From Nitrososphaeraceae archaeon (GTDB lineage: Archaea; Thermoproteota; Nitrososphaeria; Nitrososphaerales; Nitrososphaeraceae): a DNA stretch of 20,428 nucleotides. The DNA lies in assembly GCA_035250975.1 (NCBI GenBank), contig DATFEP010000060.1, forward strand, positions 1 through 20,428. Direction: 5' to 3'. Position numbers and translations under genes: made by a program. Below are positions 9,242 to 18,984 of the stretch, one piece after another; the stretch's first letter is position 1; every line of letters begins with the position of its first letter. The notes under the pieces were generated by a model, which worked only from the letters and a program-made list of their open reading frames with translations, was not told the DNA's origin and searched no databases.

Positions 9242-9766
9242 CTAGTATTTACTATCTTTCTTCATTTTATAGTCGTATCCGTACTTGTCGCCCTTGTCTT
9301 TACAGTAGTCCATTTTATGCTCATCATACCATGTAATTTCCTTCTTCAGCAAAACTTTTCCATTTCCAGGATCTACTATGACTTTATACTTTTTCATGTC
9401 CTCATCTAAGACTGTCACTTTGTAGATCAGATAGTTATGTGCGTGTGTTAACTCCGCTTCCTTTACAGTAGAATTTAATCCCACACTTCCTTGGGCTGCT
9501 TTTATAGCTTCAATAATGTCAACGTTTACTTTAGATTTGAATGCTTCCACTATAGTGGACTCTACCTCTACTGTTCCCGTCCAATTCATCTTGGGTTCAG
9601 ATTGATTAGACATTGTCATCGCAGTACTCTCATCCATCATTGGAGGATTTTCTGGATCTACTTGAGCAAACGCATTCCATGTATTACCATTATTATTGCT
9701 GATACCAACAATACCCATTGCTACAACCAAAGTCAAGGTTGTTGTGATTGCTAGAACTATTTTCAT
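9242..9766 (-). CDS. Secreted PepSY-domain protein
   Basis: Signal peptide ending ..AFA; EAIKAAQ..V..AEL..YLIYKVTV..KVIVDPGNGKVL PepSY pattern. Confidence 0.85.
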   Translation of the reverse strand: MKIVLAITTTLTLVVAMGIVGISNNNGNTWNAFAQVDPENPPMMDESTAMTMSNQSEPKMNWTGTVEVESTIVEAFKSKVNVDIIEAIKAAQGSVGLNSTVKEAELTHAHNYLIYKVTVLDEDMKKYKVIVDPGNGKVLLKKEITWYDEHKMDYCKDKGDKYGYDYKMKKDSKY

Positions 9767-9787
9767 TAAATAAGTTAAGGTATGATA

Positions 9788-9959
9788 GTTTATAACAGTT
9801 TAGGATATATAATATAAATAAAATTATTTGTATCTAGTATTTTTTAGGAATATACATATTGGTAAGTAAATCTATTACCTTCCTTTTAAGTACAACATTT
9901 AGTATTATATCCTAAACATATAGACATTATACTAAACTTCATGGCAGATTTAGGTTAAT
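9788..9959. promoter_or_regulatory. TATA box plus array of TTTAGG(A/T)-containing motifs upstream of the PepSY gene
   Basis: GTTTAGGATATA at 9798-9809 with its exact inverse TATATCCTAAAC at 9906-9917. Related copies at 9843-9854, 9927-9937 and 9949-9959; TATA at ~9788-9795. Confidence 0.4.
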
Positions 9960-10091
9960 TTGAATCGCCATACATTTCCTTTTTTTTGCACGTTCTTTCA
10001 ATTTCAAACTCGATTTAGAATTGGGTCTAAAGTAGAATTAGAATTTCAAAATATGATGTCTATTCCGGTTTTAAACTCTAGGGATGATTTT

Positions 10092-11411
10092 TCATATCGA
10101 ATGCTCTGTGAGCCATTTTCCGACTTCTGGCCATAGGCTTTTGTGTGCACTACGGCTAATGCACAATCCAACATGTCCAGTTGGAAATTCTAATGTTTTT
10201 TTGTCTTTACTTGAAATCACATCAGTGATTGTTCTGCTAGACTCTGCCGATACCAGATCATCCCTGGTTCCAACTATGTTCAATACAGGCATGGTAATTT
10301 TTTTGAGATCAACTAGGTCTTTTCCAAGCATCATTTTATTTTGAATTAAAAGATTGTCTTTGTAAATATCGTTGATGATTTGCTCAAACACTTTACCAAT
10401 TATTGGAACACTGTCATAAAGCCAAGATTCTACTGCTATAAACTGCATGATTTCTTTTATGCTTCTAGGCTTACTAAAATAAAATTGATACTTTAATGCA
10501 GCCTCTAATGGATTACGCATTAAGAATGCAATATTAAGAAAAGATGATGGCACATTTCCAAAAATCTGTACAAATCTTTTAATGTCTATACTTTTTATCC
10601 ACGATTCTAATACAGTAGGAGATTTACCAAAGTCCGTCGGAGTTGCATGCAATATCATATTTTTTACGTTTTCAGGATGTAACGCAGAATAGATCAAAGA
10701 AAGAATCCCTCCCCAACAGTACCCGAATAAAGTAACGTTTCTAGAGCCTGTCATCTCTTCTACTTTTTCGACTGCATCTTCAAGATAGTCATGTATATAG
10801 CTTTCAAGAGACATATTTTCATCCCTAACCTTGGGCATTTTCCAATCCGTAGCATACACATCAAACCCAAGTTGTTGAAAATATCTAATTATACTAGTCT
10901 CCGGCATCAAATCCAGAATATAATGTCTGTTTATTAAAGAACCTACAAAAAGTAATGGAGTCTTGAATTTGTGTTGTGATAATTTCATGTAATGATGAAC
11001 TTCGAATCTACCCCCCATCGGAATTACTTCAGAAGGTGTCCTGTTAGTAACATCACGTATGGGTTCTACCATGGATGATAAATTATTCATAGCTGATTCA
11101 AGAAATCTATATGATCTATCGTGATGGAGTAATGGTGCAAATTCCGCGTACGATCCCATAAATTCTGATAACGACTTACAAAATTCTGGGCTTTTTAACT
11201 TGTTTTTCAACTCACTATCAAAAGTACCTCGAAATTTATTTTGCATTGTTTCACCTGAGGCTTCATGAAAATCAGAAATAGACTCCATTGCTCTAGCGCA
11301 AGAATTAATTAAAGATAATCCATACTGTGTTTGAAAATTAAATAACTTGATTGTAAAATCTGCATAAAGACAAAAGGGATTTAAAGGAGTTAATAACGTT
11401 GAACCCGACAA
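10092..11411 (-). CDS. phaC: Class III polyhydroxyalkanoate synthase PhaC with N-terminal extension
   Basis: TPLLFVGSLINRHYILDL, GFDVYATDW, lipase box GYCWGG, catalytic Asp (GTRDDLV) and His (TGHVGL), LWPEVGKWL. Confidence 0.92.
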   Translation of the reverse strand: MSGSTLLTPLNPFCLYADFTIKLFNFQTQYGLSLINSCARAMESISDFHEASGETMQNKFRGTFDSELKNKLKSPEFCKSLSEFMGSYAEFAPLLHHDRSYRFLESAMNNLSSMVEPIRDVTNRTPSEVIPMGGRFEVHHYMKLSQHKFKTPLLFVGSLINRHYILDLMPETSIIRYFQQLGFDVYATDWKMPKVRDENMSLESYIHDYLEDAVEKVEEMTGSRNVTLFGYCWGGILSLIYSALHPENVKNMILHATPTDFGKSPTVLESWIKSIDIKRFVQIFGNVPSSFLNIAFLMRNPLEAALKYQFYFSKPRSIKEIMQFIAVESWLYDSVPIIGKVFEQIINDIYKDNLLIQNKMMLGKDLVDLKKITMPVLNIVGTRDDLVSAESSRTITDVISSKDKKTLEFPTGHVGLCISRSAHKSLWPEVGKWLTEHSI

Positions 11412-11517
11412 TTCTACTTGTATTTCAAGATCAGGCTAATATTACTATACCTCCATCCCATATTTGATTTTTGGTTAAAATTTTCATTACTGGTATTAAA
11501 GAATTGACAGTATTTTA

Positions 11518-11913
11518 TTAAACCATGAATCTCTCTATTTCTCTTTCAACTATAGGAATAATTTTCTCCATTATTATTTTATCATAGTTAGATTCCTTGG
11601 AGTCGATAGTTAAAAGTAAATAATAATTCTCACTTAATGGAATTATAGATCTAGATAAATTTTCATATTTTCCAAATGCATACGTTAATTTACCGATTTT
11701 TGGTTCAAATTTTAATCTTGTTCTGTGTCTGTTAATTGCACTGAATGCAGATTCTTGGTTCTCTTCTTTGCTAAGGAGCGGTCTTATGTCATCTCGATAT
11801 CTTTCATTTATAAAAACACCATTTTTATCAGTTATACCAATCCATCTAATGGATTTGTCGACATTCAATAAATTTTTAACAAAAGTATTAAGAAATTCAC
11901 TATTCGATACCAT
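11518..11913 (-). CDS. Roadblock/PAS-like hypothetical protein (DUF6659-like, expanded in AOA)
   Basis: LLNVDKSIRWIGITDKNG..R..PLLSKEE..KIGKLTYAFGKYENL pattern, recognised from memory of the family. Confidence 0.65.
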   Translation of the reverse strand: MVSNSEFLNTFVKNLLNVDKSIRWIGITDKNGVFINERYRDDIRPLLSKEENQESAFSAINRHRTRLKFEPKIGKLTYAFGKYENLSRSIIPLSENYYLLLTIDSKESNYDKIIMEKIIPIVEREIERFMV

Positions 11914-12043
11914 TCGTTTGTTAATTTTTTTAAATCGTAATAAAAAAGTTATGAGTAGGTGGACCTTATATTAATAATTATGCCATATAATCATGTTAAT
12001 TAGGAAAAAATTATAAAGGAATATTCACATTTCTGATAATTCT

Positions 12044-12169
12044 ATGAATGTAATTCACGAGAGAAACGCTAAAGGTGAGTTATTTGTATATTTTAACGCG
12101 AAAATGGAAGGCAACCGAAAAAATCGTCATTATTCAAAACTTGCGAATACTATTATTAAGACTTATTGA
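12044..12169 (+). CDS. Putative 41-aa small protein, possibly a decayed gene
   Basis: MNVIHERNAKGELFVYFNAKMEGNRKNRHYSKLANTIIKTY*. Strong BRE-TATA (GGAAAAAATTATAAA, 12003-12017) lies 27 nt upstream of the ATG. Confidence 0.4.
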   Translation: MNVIHERNAKGELFVYFNAKMEGNRKNRHYSKLANTIIKTY

Positions 12170-12577
12170 AGTTATGAAATCTATCACATGAATTAAATCT
12201 TTTGATTGGTTACACAAGATTTTTAAAAATATTGTAAGTATTTCATATAGGATACCCTTACGCATTTCAAAGTCTTTTTTTATCTTTTGCATAAAATAAG
12301 AATTGTGTAATTACTCTAATGACTATATACGTAACTATTCTGAAACCAGAGGTAGAATAAAATAGAAATACTAAAGATATCCGATATTGTTTAGAAGTTG
12401 TATCCATCAATATTCTCAATCCAATATCTTTTAACTATTTGGCTTTTGTTTAAATAAATTGAAACAAAAAGAAAGTATCCAAAGTAAAGAATATTTAGTT
12501 AGGTTTCGATATCATTTCTGTTAATTAGTAATTAGCATTAAATCTATAAAAAAATATAACAGACCTAATTTTAATTA

Positions 12578-13096
12578 CTATTTCAGTTCATGAAATATTT
12601 GAGATCCCCTGGTTGTTTTGATTTGCGGTTCTTCATTTTTGTAACCGATAGACAGTAAAGTAACAGGAATAATATCGTCGGAAAGGCCTAGAATTATTGA
12701 TACTTTCTGTTCATTAAATGCTCCAACCCATACTGATGATAATCCTAGTGCAGATACTGTTAATTGAGCATAGGATGCAGCTATAGTAGCATCTTGTATT
12801 GAAAATAATTTCGCTTTTGTTCCATACTGGCTCGAGCGACTCGGATTCGCACAAAAAACTAAAAGTAGAGGCGCTTCTGCAATAAACTCCTGGTCCATTG
12901 CTGCTTTGACAATCTGCTTTTTAATCTCTATGTTGTCTACATAATAAATTTCAAAACTTTGTAAACCGCCTGCTGATGGAGACAAATCGCATATTTCGAT
13001 AATTTTTTTTATAATCGCCTTATCTACTTTTTTATTATTGAAACTTCTTACAGACCTACGTTCTTCCACAACCTGAAAAAAAGATTTTCCTTCCAT
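12578..13096 (-). CDS. Nitroreductase family protein
   Basis: RRSVRSF, SPSAGGLQ, QDATIAA..LGLSSVWVGAF, LLSIGY. Confidence 0.93.
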   Translation of the reverse strand: MEGKSFFQVVEERRSVRSFNNKKVDKAIIKKIIEICDLSPSAGGLQSFEIYYVDNIEIKKQIVKAAMDQEFIAEAPLLLVFCANPSRSSQYGTKAKLFSIQDATIAASYAQLTVSALGLSSVWVGAFNEQKVSIILGLSDDIIPVTLLSIGYKNEEPQIKTTRGSQIFHELK

Positions 13097-13222
13097 TGTA
13101 ATCTTATTTATCTCTCAGCAATTAAATGTGTTATTTTTATTATTATACTTTAGGTAAACTGAGTTTCAATATTAAAATTATCGTAATCAATATAACCGAC
13201 CATTTAAAATGATTTTTGAGAA

Positions 13223-14083
13223 CTATCTTACAAATCCTTTTTGATCGACAAGACTCTCTATCATCCATTTTTCAAAATCTCTATCAGACAACTTTTTCCT
13301 GTTTTCAATTATGGAAGTAGCGTCTTTTCCTACAACATATCTAATTTGTGGATTATTTGTTGTAACTGCCTCTAAGATAGTTTCAGCAACTTGTTTTGGA
13401 GAAGATGATGTGTCTCCCATCAGAGGTACAAAACCACTGAAAACCTTTTGAGTTAATTCGTAATACGGTGAATGTGGTGAAGCATTTGTTGCCATCTTAA
13501 CATTTTCGAAAAAATTTGATCTGACTACACCAGGTTCTATAAGAATGACATTTATACCAAATCCTTGCAATTCAAATCTTATAGAATCTGACAATCCTTC
13601 CAATGCAAATTTAGTTGCAATATATGCAGAATTAAGGGGAACACCAACCTTTCCTCCTATCGAACTAACATTTACTATAGTTCCATGATTTTGACTTCGC
13701 ATAATAGGAACCACTTCCTTCATGACCCTTATAACCCCAAAAAAGTTAGTTTCAAACTGTGCTTTGAATTCTGTTAATGTAAGTTCTTCAAGAGCTCCCG
13801 CTACATCATAGCCTGCATTGTTCACTAATACATCGATTCTGTCATCTTGATCGATAACCTTTTTTATTGCTTCGTTTACCGATTCGTCACTATTAACGTC
13901 TAACTCGATTATATCAATGGGAAGGTTTTCATTATGTTTAATTTCCGTTAAACTTTCGGCTTTCTCTAAATTTCTCATAGTTGCATAGGTCTTAAAACCA
14001 TTTCTTGCCAGATACAAAGATGTCTCATAACCTATACCGGTTGAACTACCTGTAATAATTGCAACCTTTTTTTTATGATTCAT
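13223..14083 (-). CDS. Classical short-chain dehydrogenase/reductase
   Basis: ITGSSTGIG, LDV, VNNAG, NVSS, catalytic YIATK, IEPG. Confidence 0.95.
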   Translation of the reverse strand: MNHKKKVAIITGSSTGIGYETSLYLARNGFKTYATMRNLEKAESLTEIKHNENLPIDIIELDVNSDESVNEAIKKVIDQDDRIDVLVNNAGYDVAGALEELTLTEFKAQFETNFFGVIRVMKEVVPIMRSQNHGTIVNVSSIGGKVGVPLNSAYIATKFALEGLSDSIRFELQGFGINVILIEPGVVRSNFFENVKMATNASPHSPYYELTQKVFSGFVPLMGDTSSSPKQVAETILEAVTTNNPQIRYVVGKDATSIIENRKKLSDRDFEKWMIESLVDQKGFVR

Positions 14084-14541
14084 AAGAAAAATAGAATATT
14101 AGTTTTACTTAAATGATACACCATCTTTCAAGTCTTTATTTTGATATTCACAACTAAATTTTTAATTTTTACGATCCGATGTTAAATTTAAAATTGGAAT
14201 ATTAATTTTTGACCCTATCTCTGTGGGAAACAAATTTCCATGATTTTAATATGAATATAGGAATTTAGAGACTAGTCTCGAAATATTGCTTTGTTTCAAC
14301 GAATATAGAATCAGGGAAGTTACAATTTGAAAATTAAACCAAATCTTATCGGAATTTCTATTGTTACAGATGTACTATATTAATTGCATATCTAGAAATA
14401 GCTCTGAAATCCCAAAAACAAATCTATAAAGAAATGTGATAGAGAATGGGATTAGCTTTAAACTTTCTAATTATGCAAATGATCTAATATAGCGTTTACA
14501 AAGTTCTAACAAATATATTTACAAGAATAGTTTTTCTTGAT

Positions 14542-14760
14542 ATGAAATGTTTATCGTGTGACAATCATTTTCATCCGCAAATGGGCTTTCATTTTTTAGG
14601 GTTCAATAAAAGACAAAACTCTATTTATGTATATTATCAGCTATGTCCATCATGCAATGAACCAGTTATAGGAACCTATGAAACACAGAAATTGGAATTT
14701 ATGCCTCCAGTTTCGTCAGATGACATTAATAATAAAGTGTCATTATTAAAGAAGGTATAG
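14542..14760 (+). CDS. Small zinc-ribbon protein (CLSC...CPSC)
   Basis: 72 aa with two CxxC motifs; AT-rich TATA-like element at ~14511-14521. Confidence 0.7.
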   Translation: MKCLSCDNHFHPQMGFHFLGFNKRQNSIYVYYQLCPSCNEPVIGTYETQKLEFMPPVSSDDINNKVSLLKKV

Positions 14761-14906
14761 GTGTATTAAAAAAGTAATTTTAATTTCGTTATTAAGGATA
14801 AACATTATTCAATAGAATTCTTTATAGGCGACTCTCTTGTCTTCTTCTGTTTTATGTTATCAAATCTAGAAAAATTTTTATCTTTCTTATCTTCTAAATC
14901 ATAGAT

Positions 14907-15701
14907 TCAAACCTTATAGTTTGTAATTGGAAAGCTTATTGTTTGTCCTAATTTCATCAATTCAGCCATTGATTTGGCAGAAGCCGGGGCAAAACCTGAA
15001 TAATAATTGTTTGCAGATACTATAGCCATATTCACGTTTCTTACCTTATTTTGAAGAGCAAGCAATATCTTTGACCATACGTCCATTTCTACTGTTCTAT
15101 CAAAAACTATTTTTCCAAAATTCTTGTCATCAAAACTTCTATTTCCTATCAATCTCATATATACAAAATCTGATGTAATGATTGGAGGAGTGGCCAATTT
15201 ATCATGTTGACTCCAAACCAGACAATAATCGTGCCGTTTTAAATAGTTGTAGGAAACCTCATTAAACCAGCTTGGATGTCTAACTTCTATAGCATATCTA
15301 AAGGATTTGTCTAATAGGATATCCAGGGAATTTAAAAAATTAATCCCATCTAACATGTCTAGCCATGGGGGCAACTGTATTAGAAATGAAAGAATCTTTT
15401 TTTCCAATGGTCTCATTACTTTATAGAATTTTTGGATGTTTTGCCGGAGCTCTGAAAGACGAGTGCTATGTGTGATTATTTTGGGAAATTTAACGGTAAG
15501 CTTGAAGTCACGGGGTGTTTCAACCATCCATCTCTGTACTGTTAACTTGGACGGAATTTTGGAAAATGTAGATTCTATTTCAACGAAATTGAAAATTTGG
15601 GAATAGTATGAAAGCCAATATTTGTATTCCAAATCCTCTGGGTAGAACCTTCCCTTCCATTCATCATAATTCCATCCAGAACAGCCCAGATAATATTCCA
15701 T
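14907..15701 (-). CDS. DUF72 (YecE-like) family protein
   Basis: GCSGWNYDEWKGRFYP, VEIESTF, VKFPKIITH, LIQLPP, AIEVRHPSW, YMRLIG, ANNYYSG. Confidence 0.93.
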   Translation of the reverse strand: MEYYLGCSGWNYDEWKGRFYPEDLEYKYWLSYYSQIFNFVEIESTFSKIPSKLTVQRWMVETPRDFKLTVKFPKIITHSTRLSELRQNIQKFYKVMRPLEKKILSFLIQLPPWLDMLDGINFLNSLDILLDKSFRYAIEVRHPSWFNEVSYNYLKRHDYCLVWSQHDKLATPPIITSDFVYMRLIGNRSFDDKNFGKIVFDRTVEMDVWSKILLALQNKVRNVNMAIVSANNYYSGFAPASAKSMAELMKLGQTISFPITNYKV

Positions 15702-16119
15702 TATATTATTATTTTAGAACAAGTTGGCAAAAACTTTTCTATTCACTCAAATAGACGTTACGTTTTATTTGCTCAGAATTTTGATGGCTATTCTTTCTTT
15801 CCATTAATCTTCATTTGAAGGAACAAAAATGATTAACGAAAAGAGGATTGAATTATTCATTTCATATTCACAATATCATTAATAACCCTCCATCCAAATC
15901 TATTGATTGAAATGTAAATCTTGTTCTAAAGACAAAAAATTAGAAAAAAATATTATAATTTTATAGAATTGAAAGTTATTTATTCGCGCACTGACGGGTG
16001 AAAAGTGATAATTAGAGTAATTCTATTTTTTTTTGACTTATGAAATTAATAATTAGTCTATTACTCTACCAATACGACTGATGATATTTCTCATTATCAA
16101 TTAAGCAATATAACAAATA

Positions 16120-16278
16120 CTAAAATCCAGTTAGGTCATTAGCACATAATCCCAAGAATAGAGCTGCCTCGGGTTTTATATCAGAATCCAACTCTAAAAT
16201 CCTTCGTACCACTCTTCCCAAACGTCAAGTAATTAGAAATATTTGCTCTGGCTGCGTAATTTTTTCTTTTTTTCCCAT
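16120..16278 (-). pseudogene. Stop-interrupted small ORF remnant
   Basis: MGKKEKITQPEQIFLIT*RLGRVVRRILELDSDIKPEAALFLGLCANDLTGF*; in-frame TGA at 16225-16227; GC-richer than its flanks. Confidence 0.35.
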
Positions 16279-16467
16279 TTCTAGGTCGTCATCATGAATG
16301 TTATTATTAATGATATTGTTGTTAATTTGATTTTCTCGTTCCTATCTATTAGCTCATATGGCATGTCTCATTTTTATTACTATTGTTCTCATTTCCTCAG
16401 CATTCAAAAATTATATACAAATAATCAATGGATTAAAATATCTTTTATTATTAATAGTAATGTAATA

Positions 16468-16722
16468 TTGATCAAACTAAAGGATTTTGAAGCACCTTTG
16501 CTATCTGAATTAACAGAGAAGATAAACAATTGGATTGAAAATCGTACAACTCGTTTTGGAGAACAATTCAAGTATATCAACATAAAATACAATTATGAAT
16601 CCCATCTACATTCTAATGAAGAATACTTGGCAGGTTCCGAATCTAGTTATACAGCAATATTAATTTATGAAAATAAAAATAACAACCCCGCTATGGATTC
16701 TGACGGAATCATAGATGATTAA
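16468..16722 (+). CDS. Small hypothetical protein, Cse60-like pattern
   Basis: From TTG 16468: MIKLKDFEA..ELTEKINNWI..INIKY..YTAILIYE; TATA-like ATTAAAATA at 16432-16440. The ORF-track extension from 16294 is probably non-coding. Confidence 0.6.
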   Translation: MIKLKDFEAPLLSELTEKINNWIENRTTRFGEQFKYINIKYNYESHLHSNEEYLAGSESSYTAILIYENKNNNPAMDSDGIIDD

Positions 16723-17095
16723 ATGCTGAGAATAAATAGTTATTCAAAATTCAAAATATTCAAAAGAAAATATAGGAAAAAAATTGAAACAAGCCGTAAT
16801 AACAGCAGTCTCTATTGTCTAAAATGTAACCGTATTACTATGAAAAATTCTTTAATTTATGAAAAAATTTTAATCAATCCCTGTATAAATTGACAAAATT
16901 TAAAACTGGATGATAAATATTGTTCATACAGAATCAATATTATTTGACAGAATTTATTGCAATACCTGTAACCCTTTAGAGTTCACGATTGATTTCAAAT
17001 ATCTCGATGAATTTGACGAAATTAGAACAGACACTAAAATTATTGAAGTTTTAATGATATGGTATCTTTTGTCTACAATTTTTCATTCTATATGA
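16723..17095 (+). pseudogene. Disrupted multi-CxxC (zinc-finger) protein
   Basis: ATG immediately follows the upstream TAA. Reads YCLKC, then PCIN* (TGA at 16891 where Cys is expected), YCSY, and in the +1 frame YCNTC. Confidence 0.4.
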
Positions 17096-17556
17096 ATGGT
17101 TACGATAAATATTGTTACCAGTATTATTCCATAAATTGCATGGCCTATCAGACTTACTATAACAGGCCCTTTTCCTAAAGAATGATTCAAAGGATCTATT
17201 CCTGTAATTGGCTTGTGAATTGGAAGAAGAGTAAGAATCCATAGAAAAAAACCGTAGAACACCCCCAATGCTATTAAAGGAATTTCTTTTAAAGAAGGGA
17301 CAAGTATTAAAGCAAATAATAGTCCTAATCCTCCAAGACTTCCGTTTATAAAGTGCAAAAGAAATATACCCCAGAAATGAAGACTGCTAGGTGAAAGCCT
17401 AAAAAATTTGCATGTTAAGACCTGATTTTCATGCCATTCTAGGATACCAGTTAATCCCCATCTCTTCCAAAATGGTATTTCTATAAATGTCATAGCTCCG
17501 GTCGCCAATAGTCCTGAAAACAAACTCAATAAAATTGAATATAGATCTATTTGCAA
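17083..17556 (-). CDS. Four-TM membrane protein of unknown function
   Basis: GLLATGAMT, LLHFINGSLGG, YGFFLW and GHAIYG hydrophobic segments with intramembrane His. Start at TTG 17556 is a judgement call. Confidence 0.8.
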   Translation of the reverse strand: MQIDLYSILLSLFSGLLATGAMTFIEIPFWKRWGLTGILEWHENQVLTCKFFRLSPSSLHFWGIFLLHFINGSLGGLGLLFALILVPSLKEIPLIALGVFYGFFLWILTLLPIHKPITGIDPLNHSLGKGPVIVSLIGHAIYGIILVTIFIVTIHIE

Positions 17557-18002
17557 AATTAATACACACATCCATAGCAAATTTCCAATGATACCCTCGT
17601 GAAATCATTTAATGATAGAACGATCGATGCCAAAGCGCCTACCTTTTCTTTCACTATTAATATATTAAAGAATGATAATAAAATATTATATTCCTATATT
17701 TAAAACGATGGTGTGGTCTCTTTTATTCAATATTCATAAAAAAGAATTAATTGAACTTTATAAAATTTTTTTATCGCCAGATAATATTGAAAAGAATTCC
17801 GTATGAAAATAATTTGAAACTAGGTAGTATTCAATTTTATACTTAATTATCTGTGAACTCCTTAAACAAGAAATTCAGCAAGGAATATCTTGTTTTATTT
17901 ATGGTCTATCTTCATATGATAGCGATCTTCATATATTGATTATTTAATAAATGGTATTTTATCTATAAATTTTTAAATCTGGTTCTTCTTAGATTTTTAG
18001 GG

Positions 18003-18278
18003 ATGATACCTTTAATAATTTCGGGAATTGCTGGTTTCGCTATCTCTGAAATTATTACATATTACTGGAAGAAAAATCATTCATCAGAGATCTATATTTT
18101 TGATAGACGATTACATCATGGAGAGATAGGAATTTTGTTACTCGGTATTTTGACGATGGGAAAAATATCTCCATCAATAATCTCCTTAATAACTGGTTTG
18201 GGAATTGGTTTGATAAAGGATGATCTTGGAGATCTAAACAAATGGTTTAAATTCCATAAAAGATCAAATAATGGTTAA
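18003..18278 (+). CDS. Small membrane protein with RLHHG..GLGIGL..DD motif
   Basis: 91 aa, three hydrophobic segments, His-His and Asp-Asp pairs; AT-rich TATA-like element upstream. Confidence 0.7.
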   Translation: MIPLIISGIAGFAISEIITYYWKKNHSSEIYIFDRRLHHGEIGILLLGILTMGKISPSIISLITGLGIGLIKDDLGDLNKWFKFHKRSNNG

Positions 18279-18984
18279 TAATAATCTGCAAATTGGATAA
18301 TTTTACTGAAATGTAATTGAATCGTAATATATTATTTGTACCAAAAAATGCATAATATTCAGAACTATTAAAAATAATGTATCACAACTGATCTAAATAT
18401 TATTTGTTTAGGAAAAAGACTGATGTGTTAAATAAACCCGTTAATAAATGGTAGGTCCTCAAATTTTCAAGATCATTTTCATAAATCTTTTATGTTAGGA
18501 AATAGTACTTAAATTTATCAGAAATATAACACTCAAAATGATTTATATCATACCTTGGTATTTTTATTTTTTAATTTTTTATGAAATAAGATGTATTACA
18601 CATACTATACTTTAAATCTGAAATATAAATTTAGATAATAAAGAAACTTATTATGTCATCTTTCTTAATATAATCCCTCTCATAATGTTCTATATTTAGG
18701 ATCTATTTATGCTATAATATAACCTATGTGAGTTACAAAAATAACAGGAATTACATCATGCGTATAATTAATTAATAAAAGAGTTCAATGATCTATAATC
18801 TCATTTTCCAGACATTTTCTTCTTAACTTATTTTTATCCAGTCATGGAATGTGTTAACTGGAAAAATAATTGGTTTTCTATCTGTAATACTTTCTTCATT
18901 TTCTTATCAATTCCCATTTTTACTCCAATTTTTCTAGAATATACATAAAATATTATTAAAATTAATAATTATGAAATAATTAGC

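Noticed and set aside
11414-11461. 15-aa upstream ORF (MGWRYSNISLILKYK) ending 2 nt before the phaC TTG
   Set aside because: Could be chance, and no regulatory signature is visible.
1621-11974. Antisense or overlapping ORFs 1621-2034, 3742-4005, 4434-4730, 6061-6438, 8018-8215, 8064-8282, 8434-8625, 9491-9754, 10084-10344 and 11768-11974
   Set aside because: They overlap well-supported genes and have no independent coding signal.
6794-15998. ACTGACGGG at 6794-6802 and 15990-15998 as element ends
   Set aside because: A 9-bp match with no extended similarity or associated recombinase.
17051-17242. 63-aa minus-strand ORF
   Set aside because: Alternative frame overlapping the better-supported membrane protein gene.
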